A program made the translations under genes and the position numbers. A stretch of DNA of 64,000 nt, from the NCBI GenBank assembly GCA_964016885.1, contig OZ024750.1, forward strand, positions 15,562,001-15,626,000. The letters run 5' to 3'. This DNA comes from Eledone cirrhosa. Taxonomy: Eukaryota. The notes under the pieces are model-generated. The model saw only the letters and a program-made list of their open reading frames with translations. It was not told the DNA's origin and did no database searches. Positions 40,286 through 54,264 of this stretch are shown one piece after another; position 1 is the first letter of the stretch, and every line of letters starts with the position of its first letter.

Positions 40286-41551
40286 TATATATATATATAT
40301 ATATATATAAATACATAAACGGAGAAAGCTACTAGCGATACTCCAACCAATTTCCAACTCACTCAACAAACATTAGGAAATACCGGAGTATATTCCCAAT
40401 TAAACATTTGGGGTGCTAACTATATTGTATTGTGTGGATAATCGGATGTATTATTTTATATGAGATATATTAAAATCTCATTCCCCTATACATATATATA
40501 TATAAAGTACCAGCAATGTACTGGGTAATTGCTGGCCTTGTGCAAAACATAGAAACAATTATATATATACACTGGTATCCATCTATTTATGATGGGCCTG
40601 ATAATGTTAGAACTCAATGCAGCCTTGAAGAGATGGTTTCAACGAGATTAAGCAGTGAGTTCTATAGTTTTTGTAGTAGGCTCTCACTGCACAAGGTTTC
40701 CTTCAAAGACTCTACTTGAGCTACAGAGCCGCGCACACGTGCGTGCGTGTGTGTTGAACAATGAAAATAAAATAAAAATCGAAGAAAGGTTCTTGATTAG
40801 TTCATTGCTTTTACAATCGTTTCAGAGGATTGATTGATCATGGCAGATCAATATATTGACTAGCTGATAGCAGTTTTATCACTACCTATTTCTAGCCTGG
40901 AAATTCCTGGAAATCCCTGATCCATCACAGTTTTCCTCAGAAAAAAATGAACTATGATTTTATTTGTGATATATATAAGAAGGCTGAAATGGGCCAGTCA
41001 GATACCCTCAACAGGGGGGGGGGGGGGGGGGGGTAAATGGATGCATAAATTAAATACAAAGAAATAGAAGTAGAAAAAAAAACAATGGGTAGAAAAGACA
41101 TATGAAAGACAAAATAAAATAAAGTAAAAATAAGAATAACTTACATATAAACAATTGAGTGAAGGGGGAGGTAAATTATTGTATGTACCCCTTTTGGGGG
41201 TTTAAAAGTAATTAGTGAAGATATTTGAACTGGTTGACCAGTTTCAGCCTTATCTTGAGTATAATGCAATCTGTCATCAAGGGCCAAAATGTGATACATA
41301 CATAGATAGGCACACACACAGGCTTATAGAGAGTAAGGGACATAGATAGTCATACACACATAGGCTTATAGAGAGAAAGGGACATACAGAGACATGTTGA
41401 GACAATTAAAATCAAGTTTATCTAAATTGTTGTTGACTATTTTAGTATTGGTTTGAATTACATATCTTCCACAGGTATGCTGTTGATTTAGCAGTTAGGG
41501 TTGTATAGGTACATACATATATCTGTATATATTCAGGTATGTACATATTTC

Positions 41552-42020
41552 CGAGGGTATGTCAAAAGATTTCTGGACTAGTTCTTTATTTAATCCTTTA
41601 GCATTTAAACTGGCCAGAATTCTCTCATCTCTTTCTGTCCAAACCGACCATAACCAGCCACTCATACTGACATTAAGGTATTGTTCTCAAAATAAATAAT
41701 AACATCATCAAAATCTCGTAGATTCCATATTATGTGTGATAAAACCTTTACCATGAAAATATAATAGTAGAGTAATGTAAATGCTAAAGGGTTAAAAAAG
41801 GAACTATTTCGTAAGTTTAAACACCATCTCCTTTGAAAACTCCCCTTGTGCAACAATGCACCAATCCCAACATTTCTGCCACTCCTGGAATGCGGACTTG
41901 AAATCATCTTTTGTAAACTTGTCGAGAACCTTTTGTGATTCATGCTGGATTTCAGCAATGGTGTTAAAACGGCAACCTTTGAGCTTGATTTTCATCTTCA
42001 GGAAAAGGAAGAAGTCAGCG
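41552..42020 (-). mobile_element. mariner transposase 3' remnant with TIR, interrupted by a TTAA MITE
   Basis: ADFFLFLKMKIKLKGCRF...F..WQKCWDWCIVAQGEF is a mariner C-terminal signature. cgagggtatgtcaaaagatttctggact at 41552 looks like a mariner TIR. Confidence 0.8.
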
Positions 42021-42443
42021 TGATACAGTTTGTGACAAGGCTGGCCGATTGAATTACAGGTGCACTTCATTTTTTCAGCCAGCTGAGTGGAGTGGAGTAA
42101 TGCCAAATAAAGTATGTTGCTTAATGACACAATGCTCCACCAAAGAATCAAACTCATGGCCTTATGATTGTGAGCAAAATCCTCTAACCAGTGAGCTACT
42201 TTGAATGACCAAACCATCTAGTACTTTAATTTTTTTTTTGCAAAATTGTTCCACATCTGGTTCAGTGCTAAATCTTCCCATAGAAACAGACTTAACAGGA
42301 ATTAGAAGAAAAACAACAATAGCAGCTGATTACTGAAGATTCTTTTTTTCTATGTCCAACTAGTTAACACTTATTTTAACAATATCTATATGTCAGGACA
42401 CAAATAATGATGACAATGGAAATTATGATGATGTTCATGAAAA

Positions 42444-42594
42444 TAATTGTTTCTACTTTAGGCACAAGGCCAGCAATTACCCAGTACATTACTGGTACTT
42501 TATTTTATCGACCCCATAAGGATGAAAGGCAAAGTCAACCTTGACGGGATTAGCATGGCGTCCGACCCTCTACCTATACTGCCAATCCACCGCC
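42444..42594 (-). mobile_element. SINE family A, internally deleted
   Basis: Reverse complement of family A lacking the B-box segment, flanked by duplicated atgttcatgaaaataat. Confidence 0.8.
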
Positions 42595-45500
42595 CATGTT
42601 CATGAAAATAATGATAAAATGGAGAAGATATGATGATGATGATGATGCTGCTGCATCTATACTGCTCTGTTTGTTAATGTAAGAGTACTTGCACATTGTT
42701 CAGAGATCTCCTTCAATATACTTTGCATCTTTTAATTGTCACCCTTGCAAGCTTACCACATTTCTCATTGTTGCCATTCAAACACAAAAGCTCTTTTGCA
42801 CTGAACACTCTATATTCATTCTCAAAAAATTTATAACCAAGCATCACATATAGGTCTGGCTATGAAACTTCATTTGAAGAATCTGGCTGCTTTCATTTAT
42901 AAAAGTAGTAAAACAAGCCATTTATATCCTTCTCTTTGCAGCCTTGCCACTGGGAAGGTGGCCAGTCAAAAATAAACACAAAATTAAGAGAAAGACATAA
43001 AACATACATAGATATGTATTTTATGTAATATACTCATATAAGCAGAATTACAAATGAATATTCATATATTCATGCATATATGTATACATGTGTTTTATCT
43101 GAAACATATTTGTATAAGTATTTATAATACAGAAGAATCAATGTGTGAACATGAATATTCAGGTATACACATAAATGAATATATCTGAATATTTATAAAG
43201 CAGTATATTTAGGTATATAAATACAGGTACATGTATATAGGCATATAATAAACATATTTGTGTTAAGTTATATATATTTATATATTTGCATAAAGTTATA
43301 TGATAAATATATTTGTGTAAAGATAAAAATGTTTAAACAGTCTGTTTTCTATGATCGTAACAGCCCCCAAACTACACTCAACCACTGGCAAACACTTTCA
43401 AATAAAAACATGGAAAAATATTACAGCAGCTCTCCCCTAAAATCTTTGTTTCTATTGATCTAGAAAACATACAGCCCACACAAACAATAAAATATCTGCA
43501 AAATCAAATGATATTCTTGGTCAAACTCTGTGATGAGATTCTTATCCACACAAACCGTTTTGTTATGATATTCCTAATGAAATATACAATATTAATTAAT
43601 GAAAAATTTGGAAAAAAATATACTAAAATTATTATTTTATTGAAACCCACTGAATGGAAAAAGACGGACATCAGTACACATGGGAGAAATGGGCAAAGAT
43701 GACGAAGAAGATGATGATGATGACGGTGATGATGTAAAACTTTCAGTGGTATCCCAAGACTCACCAGAACCAAACAAATACACCAAAGAACTAGCGTCAT
43801 AAATCTACATAACTGAAACCACAGTTATATTCACCAATCAACTCCATACAGCAACATATAATACAAAAATATTCACTATGTTCAATCTTAAACAGACATT
43901 ACATTTTAGATTCGCTGATCCAGACATACAACTCTAGTCATAAATATATATGATACCATCTTTTGTTTTAGTCCCTTAACTCTTGAGTGAGTTGTAGGGG
44001 CAATATATTGGCATACAACATTCCTTGGGCACTTTTTAAAGCTAGTGGAGCCCATCTCCCCTCTACATCTGAACACAGCAGATTTCTTCTAGAGAGTGAG
44101 AGAACAGAAGAGAGAAAAAGATATACAGGAAGAATCGACCCCAGTATTTGACTGGTATTTTTATTATCGATCTCAAATGGATGAGAGACAATGTTGACAT
44201 TGGCAGGTTTTGAACTCAGAGAGCAGAGAGCCAAAACGAATACTGCAAGGCATTCTATCCCACATTCTAATGACTGCTATTTTATTACCTAATATGATAC
44301 TATAAAACACTTTAAACAAACACATTACACTTTAAATTCACTGATCCAGGCATACAACTCTTGTCACAAACATATATGATACTACACACTACCTTAAACT
44401 AACAAAATTTACCTAAACTATACAGTCACTATCATTATAATGCCTATATCACTTTCAGTACTAGTCAATATCTTCAAATAAAAACACATATATATTGCTA
44501 ATATGAAACAAACCAATTCTAAAAACTATGATTCAAACAAAGCAAAATCAATAAACAAGTAAAATTAAGCTACAATTGAAAGAGAGAATATAATAAGTTA
44601 AGTAAATGTCTATCCTGACCAGATGCTGCCAGTGTATAGATCATGCTAGCATTGTTCAACAGGTAGATCATGCTAGCATTGTTCAACAGGTAGATCCTGC
44701 TTAGCATATTAATCAAATTTTTTTTAAACATACATACAAAGCCTAGCATTACTATCATTATTTGTTCTGAGGAAAATGGTAGTGGAATGGTGGTATCGGT
44801 CGAGCAATAGATCAAGGAAGGAAACAGAAAGGAAATTGATCAACAAGATCCCAGACCTCATTCGCTTACCAAGTGGGGTGGACCTTGTCAAATCGGACAA
44901 TGTTTCCATTGGTCTTTCCATTGCTGATACTATCTACCAGTTAAAACTGGGTTGGGGATTGCTAAAAATAGTTAAAGCATTGAATAAAATGTTTTGCAGC
45001 ATTTGTTTTAGCTTTTTACATTCTGAGCTTAAATCCCACTGAGGTCAACTTTATCTTTAATCCTTCTGCTGGTCGATAATAAAAGGTATAAGTCAAATAA
45101 CGGGATCTATATAATCACATATCCGTATCAACACAGTCTTCTCTCTTACACACCACTTCATATTTCTCTTAAACCCAGTTTCTCCCTCAGTTCATTCAAG
45201 CTCTACTTTTCTCTCACATTTACATCACACATCCATTGAAGCATAATTGCTTCATTTCTCTCCAGTCTACACATGTTTTGTTACCATGCAATATTTCACT
45301 ACACACACAGTTATCCTTTTGTACATGGGAAGAAACCCTTTGTTGTCAACACACTTCTCTATTGCTAAATAGGTCACCTACATAATAGAAGCTATCAACA
45401 ACTTCAATGGATCCTACCTGTAGTTTGAAAAAGGTTATATCACTGACACTCTTCCCTTCGGTTACCCTTGTGCATATTCTTTTAAAAGATGTGGGAGGAC

Positions 45501-46183
45501 TTCCCTTCATATACATTTGTGTGTGTCTTAGCTTTTTTTTGTTTTTTTTTTTGCAATTGGGTTAACAGATTTCATATTTTTTCTCTAAACTTCATTTGTG
45601 GTTACATAGTTTTTTTTTGTCCTTCAGTTGTTTGTGTCACTAATAGTAGTGACACAAAAGATAAAATTAAGCAAATAAAACTGCATCTATATCTTCTTAG
45701 TCATGTCCGATATCGGTTCCTTATATAAGTGCACTTTTGTAATCTCTGTCTTGTCAATATCAAAACATCAGACTTTTTCTCTTTTCATTCTATATTATTC
45801 CAGGTTGTCATTGTGTCGATTAATGATTTTCAAAAGCATTTATAATTTCTTTCTATTTAAATGTCTAGACTAGAATGAAAACAAACAAAACAAAGTTGTG
45901 TACTGGTTTGCCCAGGGAGCTTAGATTTAACTGTGCAGAGCTAAACAAAATGGTTTAAATTCAAATCAATAGTCCCAACTGTTTGTTAGCTTTTTCTTTT
46001 ATTCAGACTTTTTTTAAAGATTTATTTCCAACGTAAATGCATTAGACTGATTTGTCCAAACCTCTTTTCTATATTTTCTACAACCCTCTTATCTTTCAAT
46101 CATATATTTAAACAAGAAAATGGCAGATATTTATAGTTTGTTTGGACAACACACTGCAAAATAAATTGAACCATTACAGAGAA

Positions 46184-46563
46184 CAACTGTCTCCCGGTAT
46201 TTGCAGGGGTCACGTTCCTAGAGCACCCGCGAAGAGGGAAAAACTGCAAATATTGGACGTGGTTCATAAAAATGTCTACAAACGTCAAAATATAACATAA
46301 AATATAATAAAAAAGGAAAGAGCATCTTATGAGAAGAGGCATCCAATAGGTCAGCAAGTACGGTATATTGTTATTACTAATTTAGTGTTAAAAAAAATAT
46401 ATATTGCCACAAAAAAAGCCATAAAACAAATCTTGGAAGCTATTTACAATTCTGCAAATATGCGGTGGTTTCCACAAACAATTATTAGTTAGGTTCTAAG
46501 GAAAATTCTGCGAATAACCGGGATCGCGAATGTCAGAACCGCAAATGCCAGGGATAGACTGTA
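46184..46563. mobile_element. Tigger/pogo-like MITE
   Basis: Left end ctcccggtatttgcagg and right end ccgcaaatgccagggatagactgta are imperfect inverted repeats, with a CTG-TA terminus. Confidence 0.55.
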
Positions 46564-47304
46564 TTTTTTGGAAAATCAATCATGTAAGATTTCTCAGAAG
46601 ATTTTTGAAAACTAATTGTTATTAAATTATTTGTTTGTATAACACAGCCACAAAACTTGCAATATATTCAGACTTACTAAAGAAGAAACCAAACAAACTA
46701 TAAAACAAATAATAATTGTCCAACCCTTGCTGCTAGCAGAGAATGAAGGTGATAATAGAAAATGTGTCAATATATACAGAAAAAATTCATTGGTAAAGCC
46801 TGTTTTCCTAGTTTAACCATACATAGCGCTTTTCTTAGTTTTCTTGAGAACTATTTCATCATAGTGGGTTTTTTTTTTCATGAAAAAAATGTTAAAACCT
46901 CAGATATTTATTATTAATAACAACCACAAATTTTGAGGCATAGCATAATATTGTGTGGGATTACCTATAAAGAATTCTCTATTTATAATTTATATTATGT
47001 ATGGGCAGTAATTGACAGCATAGTTAAAGTGTCAAAAAAACTGGTTTGTGGTATTTAGTTATGAATTTTTGTTCTGAGTTCAAATTCTGCTGAAGTCAAC
47101 TTTGCTTTTATCCTTTCTGGCGTGGGTGGGGGTGATAAAAGTGTGAGAGAATATAACACAGTATAAAAATTACAAATATAGTTCAAAATACACTGCTTTT
47201 ACATTTGTTACTGCTTTCATTAGACAAGAACAGCCCTACCACAACATTATGCTTATATTATATCAAATAGATAGTTGAATCTTAATAAAAAAAATGTCTT
47301 AAGT

Positions 47305-47563
47305 CTGTTTTGAGCCCAGAGGCTCATCAAACTGGTGCTTATCCCCAGTTTCCATGGTGGTAAGCAATTGAGTACAAGACTCACCCTGGACAAAACACCA
47401 GCCCATTGCACGGTTAACCCCAGCTATTGCTGGTACTAATTTTCAGCTGCGTATACTGGAGCAGCATGAAATGAAGTGTTTTGCTCAAGAACACAACACA
47501 TAACCCAGTCTGAGAATAGAACCCATGACATTATGATTGTAAGTCCAACACACTTACCACTTA
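47305..47563 (-). mobile_element. tRNA-derived SINE family C; copies at about 57277-57540 (+), with partials near 39600, 42050 and 62810
   Basis: Reverse-complement similarity to 57277-57540, whose head ggcttagtggtaagggtgttggact is tRNA A-box-like. Confidence 0.65.
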
Positions 47564-47992
47564 AATCTTAATAAGTTCAGATTTACTTCAGCCATATTAA
47601 AGATAATTCAATTGGCTTTCATGAAGAAACTGAAGCTAACATTTGGAAATCAAATAATAAAAAAAAAAAACTATGCCATTCATTTTCAATCTTTTAAGCA
47701 TTTCTTTAATTATATCTTCTGATCTAGTTACAGATATTGTAAAGCAATAAAATTAATAGAAATTGTTTTGAGACTCTTGTCAATTGCTGGTTTTTGTTAA
47801 TCAATCAAAATGATAACATAAAAACTAGAAGAGTCTGGAGGGAAACAAATAGATGTTTTTCTTTTTTAAAAAATAAATGTTTTCTCTATTTGCATTGTCG
47901 TCAAACTTTTACTGCTATCAGACCATTAAAATAGCATCAATTACAATGAAATTAAATGAAAAACATAAAACATTAAATATCTTCTTTTTCCC

Positions 47993-49340
47993 CTTCTTAT
48001 TCCTGGGAGGGTTGTAGAGACAGAGTCCTCAAATACTCCTTCCAGCGAGTTCTGTCAGAAGCAGCCATATCCTGCTGAGCTCATGGATGTTAACAAACCA
48101 TCTTGCTCGGGGTTTACCCCTGGGTTTCCTGTTGCTTGGTTTTGCCTGTTAAATCTGCCCAGCAATTCTTTCCTGAGACATTCTAACCACATATCTGTAA
48201 TATCAGAGCTGTGATCTCTCAATTTGGAGAAGTAGCAGCTTTACCTGGAGCGACTCTCTGATCTCTGGGTTACACTATCGAGTAACATTACTACAAAGAT
48301 CCTTCGGAGAGGAACCCAATTTCAGCCACTTGTATTCATGATTGTATTCTTTCGGCTATTACCCAAGATTCATGACCATATGTAAGGGTTGGCACAAACA
48401 CTGAATTGAAGACAGTGAGTTTTGTTTTTACACCTGCCTCCCTTCTTCTGATGACCGAATGCTGAAACTAGTGCATTATTGTACCATGGCGGTGGATTGG
48501 CAGTATCAGTAGAGGGTTGGACGCCATGCTTTCCAGCATAGTTAAGTCCCTTTACAGTCTGAGTTCAAATCCCGCCGAGGTTGACTTTGCCTTTCATCCT
48601 TACGGGGTCGATAAAATAAAGTACCAGTAATGCACTGGGTAATTGCTGGCCTTGTGCCTAAAGTAGAAACAATTATTGTACCAGAAGGGCGGTGAATTGG
48701 CAGTATCGGTAGAGGGTTGGACGCCATGCTTTCTAGCATAGTTACGTCCTTTTACAGTCTGAGTTCAAATCCCGCCGAGGTTAACTTTGCCTTTCATCCT
48801 TACGGGGTCGATAAAATAAAGTACCAGTAATGTACTGGGTAATTGCTGGCCTTGTGCCTAAAGTAGAAACAATTATTGTACCAGCTCCTACAATTCTTGC
48901 ACTTAATTCAGCCACATGCCTCCCGTCACTCCTGAAAACAGCCCTGAGAAACTTGAATTTCTTCACCTGCTTCAGTGGAACTTCACTCACATGAAACATG
49001 CACTGTGCAGGCTTCCTTTGGAGGACAAGTGACTCAGTCTTTGCAACACTGATTTTCATTCCTGTCATGCAGCACTCAGCATCAAAACTTATCAAGTGCA
49101 TGTCGGAGATCACATTCTGTTGAGTTAAGTAATACCATGTCATCTAAAAATTCCAGCTGACTGATCCTACACTTGCCAGTCTCAATATCATTTCAACCTG
49201 GCTGTGCATGTCAATTCTGTCCATGAAAATTATGAACAAGAGAGGTGACAGTATGCACCTTTGGTAGAGTCCAACAACCACATTGAATGGTTTCAACTTA
49301 ACACCTTTTATCTGAACACAAATACTCAGGGAGGACCCTT
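47993..49340 (-). mobile_element. Degenerate RTE-clade LINE (RT to 3' end), interrupted by two SINEs; another 3' fragment at about 59310-59550
   Basis: PFNVVVGLYQRCILSPLLFIIFMD, GMKISVAKTE and LKQVKKFKFL.AVF.SDGR. Confidence 0.8.
48487..48878 (+). mobile_element. Two tandem SINE family A copies
   Basis: Two full-length copies at about 48487-48677 and 48688-48877. attattgtacca occurs left of, between and right of them. Confidence 0.9.
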
Positions 49341-51328
49341 CAGTTTGTGTTAAAAGAAACAACAAATTCTCTTCACTCGATTGAACATATGAGCATACGT
49401 AAGTGAGATGCTGGGAGGTTAGCAGCCCTGCTTCAGTACTGGCTTGTTCTATGTAGACCCATCCAACCCATGCTAGCAGGGAACAGGAAAAGCAGACATT
49501 ACATGATGATGATAAATAGAAATTCAAGAGATTATATTTGTTTAAAGCATTTTAATGACTTTGCAGCTTTAAAACAAGCAAAAAGTAGCCGCTTTTAGAA
49601 CTACTTTTGGTGATAAACATCTGAAGTGATGTTATCGTTAATAACAAACAAAAACTTGAATCATACTTTTCATGATTCATTAACATTGATAATACAATAA
49701 AATAATCTAAAAACAACAACAAAGAAAAACTGATTCTAGGTAGATTTTAATGTAGTTAATATATAGACCAGCTTAGCTTTGTTCTCATTTCAATTGAATT
49801 TTAATGCATGTCAGCAGATGAATCAATGTATAAAATTGTTCAGATGCCAAGTTAGCCATTTATTTTTTTAAATGTACCAAATTCTATTGTCATTTAAAAG
49901 AAATATGAAGAGCTATTGTGGCTTGTTTTGCACAATTAGGTACAATTATGTCCTTATATTATAGTTTATACATATATCATCATCATCAATCAACACAAAA
50001 ACATGTAGACATGACAAACGCAAAAGCACATACACACACACAGAAACACAGGTGCAAAAGCATGCACATACATGAAACACAAAACAAACAAAGGGATGAT
50101 GGAGTAGAATTTAAATTGTGTTGGTATGGCCATGTGATGCGTATGAAGAATTACAGCTGTATAAAAAAGTGCACGGCAATCAAAGTTGATGGAAGCTATG
50201 GAGCAGGAAGACTTAGGAAGGCCTAAGATAAAAGCTGATCTTGCACAACTGCACCAATGACACAGGATCGAGATCTTTCACATTATGCAGTAATACAGTA
50301 ATGCCTTACCATGCACACGGACAGAAGCATACATCTAGTATGCACCTCTTAACCACTATCCTCCCTTCCCATTCCATACATCTCCCTCACCCTAACACCC
50401 ACCCTTTGCCCCAGACCCCAGTCAACACTATAAAGTGGTCGTGTTGGTGTCATGACAAAAAGCACTCAGCACACACTGGAAATGTGGTTGCTGTTAGAAA
50501 CCAAGCCAGAAACAGTTCTGCATGAGTGAGGCAGTCATTTGACCTGACTTGCCTCAAATGGGACAACCTGTCTAGCATGGAAATTAGACGTTAAATAATG
50601 ATAATTATATTTATATATATGCATGTATATAGTTGTTATATAGTAAGGTGTATTATTGGTTGTGTCAAACGGTCCAATAAACTTTTGTTAGCAATATTAA
50701 GTTCTCCACGCATTTGTATATCTCCAATTCCATTTATGGGAACAGCTAGATAATGTAAAGCGGAGTATTTGTATTAAAATAAAGATCCGAAGGCATGGTA
50801 TAAATTTCCAATCATTTTATCACGACACGTTTCAATAAGAGATAGATCGATCGCGTGGTGATGATCGATTATCACTGATCTCATATATATATATAACCCT
50901 TTGTTATATATAATTGTGGTAAGGAACCAAATGGACCATAATGCACCAGAGTACTCAATACTTAGGGTTGTAGAGTGGGAAATAGGAAAAAGTATGACCG
51001 CGACGGCAGAGCTCAAGCCGTTTCGACGGCCATTTCTGGACTAAATTAGAATTTTTAGCCTGGTGAATAAATAGCCGAACTTTTCAAGGGGGTACTTCCT
51101 TATATGGGAAGATTGTAGTTGTCAAGAGGATTGGTTAAAATTTGTTGTAAACACAAATAAATCTATCATGGCATTTGGTGGAAGGTAGGGGTGGCTGAAC
51201 TTGCCTGTAGAACAATAGGGGAGTGAGTAGAGCGGTTAAGCATTGAAAGTGATATGTATACATCAGATTCTAAGGATAGTGTATAAAGTGGGGGAGGGAG
51301 GTTATAGAAAAGGTAAATCGATATATAC

Positions 51329-51384
<56 letters not shown>

Positions 51385-51592
51385 ATATACCACCCTGATA
51401 TAATAATGGTAACAATAGTATTATCATCATTATAACAACTCTCAATCTAAATATGAATTACAGAATACCTGTCAAATAATGTGACATTCCTTAAAACTGG
51501 GCCTTCTCCACCTAATTTAAATTGTACTTTATACATTGCTGTGTATCCCGGTTTTTAGATGGTACCTCTACACTTCTGATTATATATATATA

Positions 51593-52427
51593 TAGTAGAA
51601 TAATCGAGTATCGAAAAATCGGCGCACGAGTTCACGATAAACAAAATTCGAGATGATCGGCAGAGGGCTCTATAATTCAAATAAATTAGAGCTATAACTA
51701 TCGTTAAAATACCGTCACACGTAGAATATGTCTACAATCAACCAAATAACCGAAAAGTTCGATATGGAAGATTCGGGCCACTCAGATAAATTATCAATAA
51801 ATCAATAAATGAAATGAATGTAAAATGCATACCCGGACCCACTAGAGAGATGGAATATCTAGCTTCTTGGGTTTCTGTAAATCCTTAAACCGTCATCTAT
51901 CAGCTCATATAAAAATATAAGCCTTACAGATAATCGGGGGACTGGAGTTACTTCATCAACGAGCTTCGTCCGAATGGATAAAAAGATAAGACCCAGGCTA
52001 AAAATACGCACATGGATTTCAGCAAGGGAGATAACCTTTATATCCGCAAAAATATTCGGAAAAATGTGACAAAAACACATATCGAATAAGAGTGCTCAAT
52101 AGACATGTTAAAATAAACAGGGGCTATTCATCATTTAATAGAATCGACAAAAAATGAACAATAAAATTAACTGGTCAATAGCTAAGTCTAGAGCTAAATA
52201 TAGTAGAATAATCGAGTATCGAAAAATCGGCGCACGAGTTCACGATAAACAAAATTCGAGATGATCGGCAGAGGGCTCTATAATTCAAATAAATTAGAGC
52301 TATAACTATCGTTAAAATACCGTCACACGTAGAATATGTCTACAATCAACCAAATAACCGAAAAGTTCGATATGGAAGATTCGGGCCACTCAGATAAATT
52401 ATCAATAAATCAATAAATGAAATGAAT
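51593..52427. repeat. Element with 227-bp direct repeats (51593-51819 and 52201-52427) embedded in (TA)n
   Basis: The two copies look identical by eye, with period 608 bp. Confidence 0.85.
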
Positions 52428-52604
52428 ATATATATACGGGATAACAGTTTATTGTTATAGGTAGTCCACTTAGGTGTAGTCCAGTTAGGGTACTCCGAGT
52501 AGTGGATGGTATCAACGCTTGGCTAAGTTTGACTCAACAGGGCGTTTCCATTGTGATGTTGCGAGTACGCGGTGATTTCTATGTTGTTTACACTTGGAGT
52601 AATG

Positions 52605-52928
52605 ATAAATCAAGAAAGAAGAGTGACATGGTTTGCTATACAAAAAAGGTTTTAGTCACTTTGCTGACAATTGTTTCTCTGAACTGGTAGGTATAGAGAT
52701 TGCTACCCGCCTGTTTCTGCGTCAATCGATCACCAATACTTTGTTATAACCAGTCTATTCATCAGAGCTGATGAATTGACTGGTTATAACTATGTATTGG
52801 TGATCGATTGACGCAGAAACAGGCGGGTAGCAATCTCTAGACCTACCAGTTCAGAGAAACAATTGTCAGCAATGTGATTAAAGCCCTTATTGTGTAGCAA
52901 ACCGTGTCACTCTTCTTTCTTGATTTAT
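52605..52928. repeat. 324-bp inverted repeat (161-bp arms, 2-nt loop)
   Basis: Arms align without indels, with about 11 mismatches. Centre is atcag-ag-ctgat. Confidence 0.95.
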
Positions 52929-53038
52929 ATATATATATATATATATATAGTCCTATATGAGCGAGACACGGTCACCTGATCAATCTTGCTTCAAGTGGGA
53001 CAATTCCCGTCTGGAAGATAGATGTTAGATGATGATGA

Positions 53039-53089
<51 letters not shown>

Positions 53090-53106
<17 letters not shown>

Positions 53107-53917
53107 GAGGATGTCTGTCTGCGTGTCTGTTTCCCTAAAACTCGAGAAGTATCCAACCGTTTTTTTTCAAACTTTACACATGTAACCCATATGGCCCCGG
53201 AAGTGTTTTGAGCAAAAACAATTCAAATTTTCAATGCCCTAGGGACCGCATTAGGCGATTTAGCGATCTCTTTCTCTTTCTCTTTTTAGATAGATACATA
53301 GATATGACGTCGCGCCTTCATAATATCTGTCTGTATGCCTGACTGTCTGCATTACGTCATTATGACGCGATCAGTGTGTGTGTGTATATATATTCTTATG
53401 CCAGGGAACGTCTTCACGAACCAAAGTATCGTCTTCCTGTTTTCCAGATTGATTTTTTTAGTTTAAGAAGATCCCGTTAAGGTTGAAAGCAGCGATTCTT
53501 TGCTTAAACATTAATATGTTATTTTAATATAGATATTCATGTACAGATATTTTTGCATACACAAAAACAAAATATAAACAAACAAGGCCAAAGATTACAT
53601 CAGTTAGTCTTAGTGTACTTCATACTGCTTTTAGGTAGAATATCCCGTTAAGGGTGAAAGCAACGATTCATTTTCTGCGTTTGCAGATTGATTTTTTTAG
53701 TTTCAGAAGATCCCGTTAAGTGATTCTTTGCTTAAACTTTAATCTGTTATTTTAATATATATATATAATTATATATTCATGGGCAGATATTTTTGCATAC
53801 ACAATAACAAAATATAAACAAACGTATTTATTTCACGAGGCTCGATAACGATAAATATATATCAAATATATAAGAACCCTAGAGCAAATCCCGAGCAACG
53901 CCGGGCCATTCTGCTAG
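53090..53917 (+). mobile_element. Non-autonomous Helitron
   Basis: 3' hairpin cccgagcaacgccggg followed by CTAG|T. 5' tatatataaaa...tgtctgtctg start. Internal duplication of about 150 bp (53435-53585 and 53675-53825). Confidence 0.75.
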
Positions 53918-54076
53918 TATGTGTGTGTATATATATATATATATATATAAATGAAAAGTATAGAAATTATTGTAGCGAGAAGCTAACAGTATTCCATAAT
54001 ATATAAGTGACTATAGCGTCAAAATGGGAAAATAGTTAACATAAGATATGGGATATATATATAATATATATATATA

Positions 54077-54264
54077 TAATTGTTTCTACTTTAGGCACAA
54101 GGCCAGCAATTACCCAGTGCATTACTGGTACTTTATTTTATCGACCCCGTAAGGATGAAAGGCAAAGTCAACCTCGGCGGCATTTGAACTCAGACTGTAA
54201 AGGGACGTAACTATGCTGGAAAGCATGGCGTCCGACACTCTACCGATACTGCCAATCCACCGCC
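54077..54264 (-). mobile_element. SINE family A
   Basis: Full-length reverse complement. More fragments at about 57565-57845 and 61210-61345. Confidence 0.85.

Noticed and set aside
52768-52825. Functional hammerhead ribozyme
   Set aside because: CTGATGA and GAAAC are present, but the stem II closing pair and stems I and III could not be built by eye. Kept only as a test suggestion.
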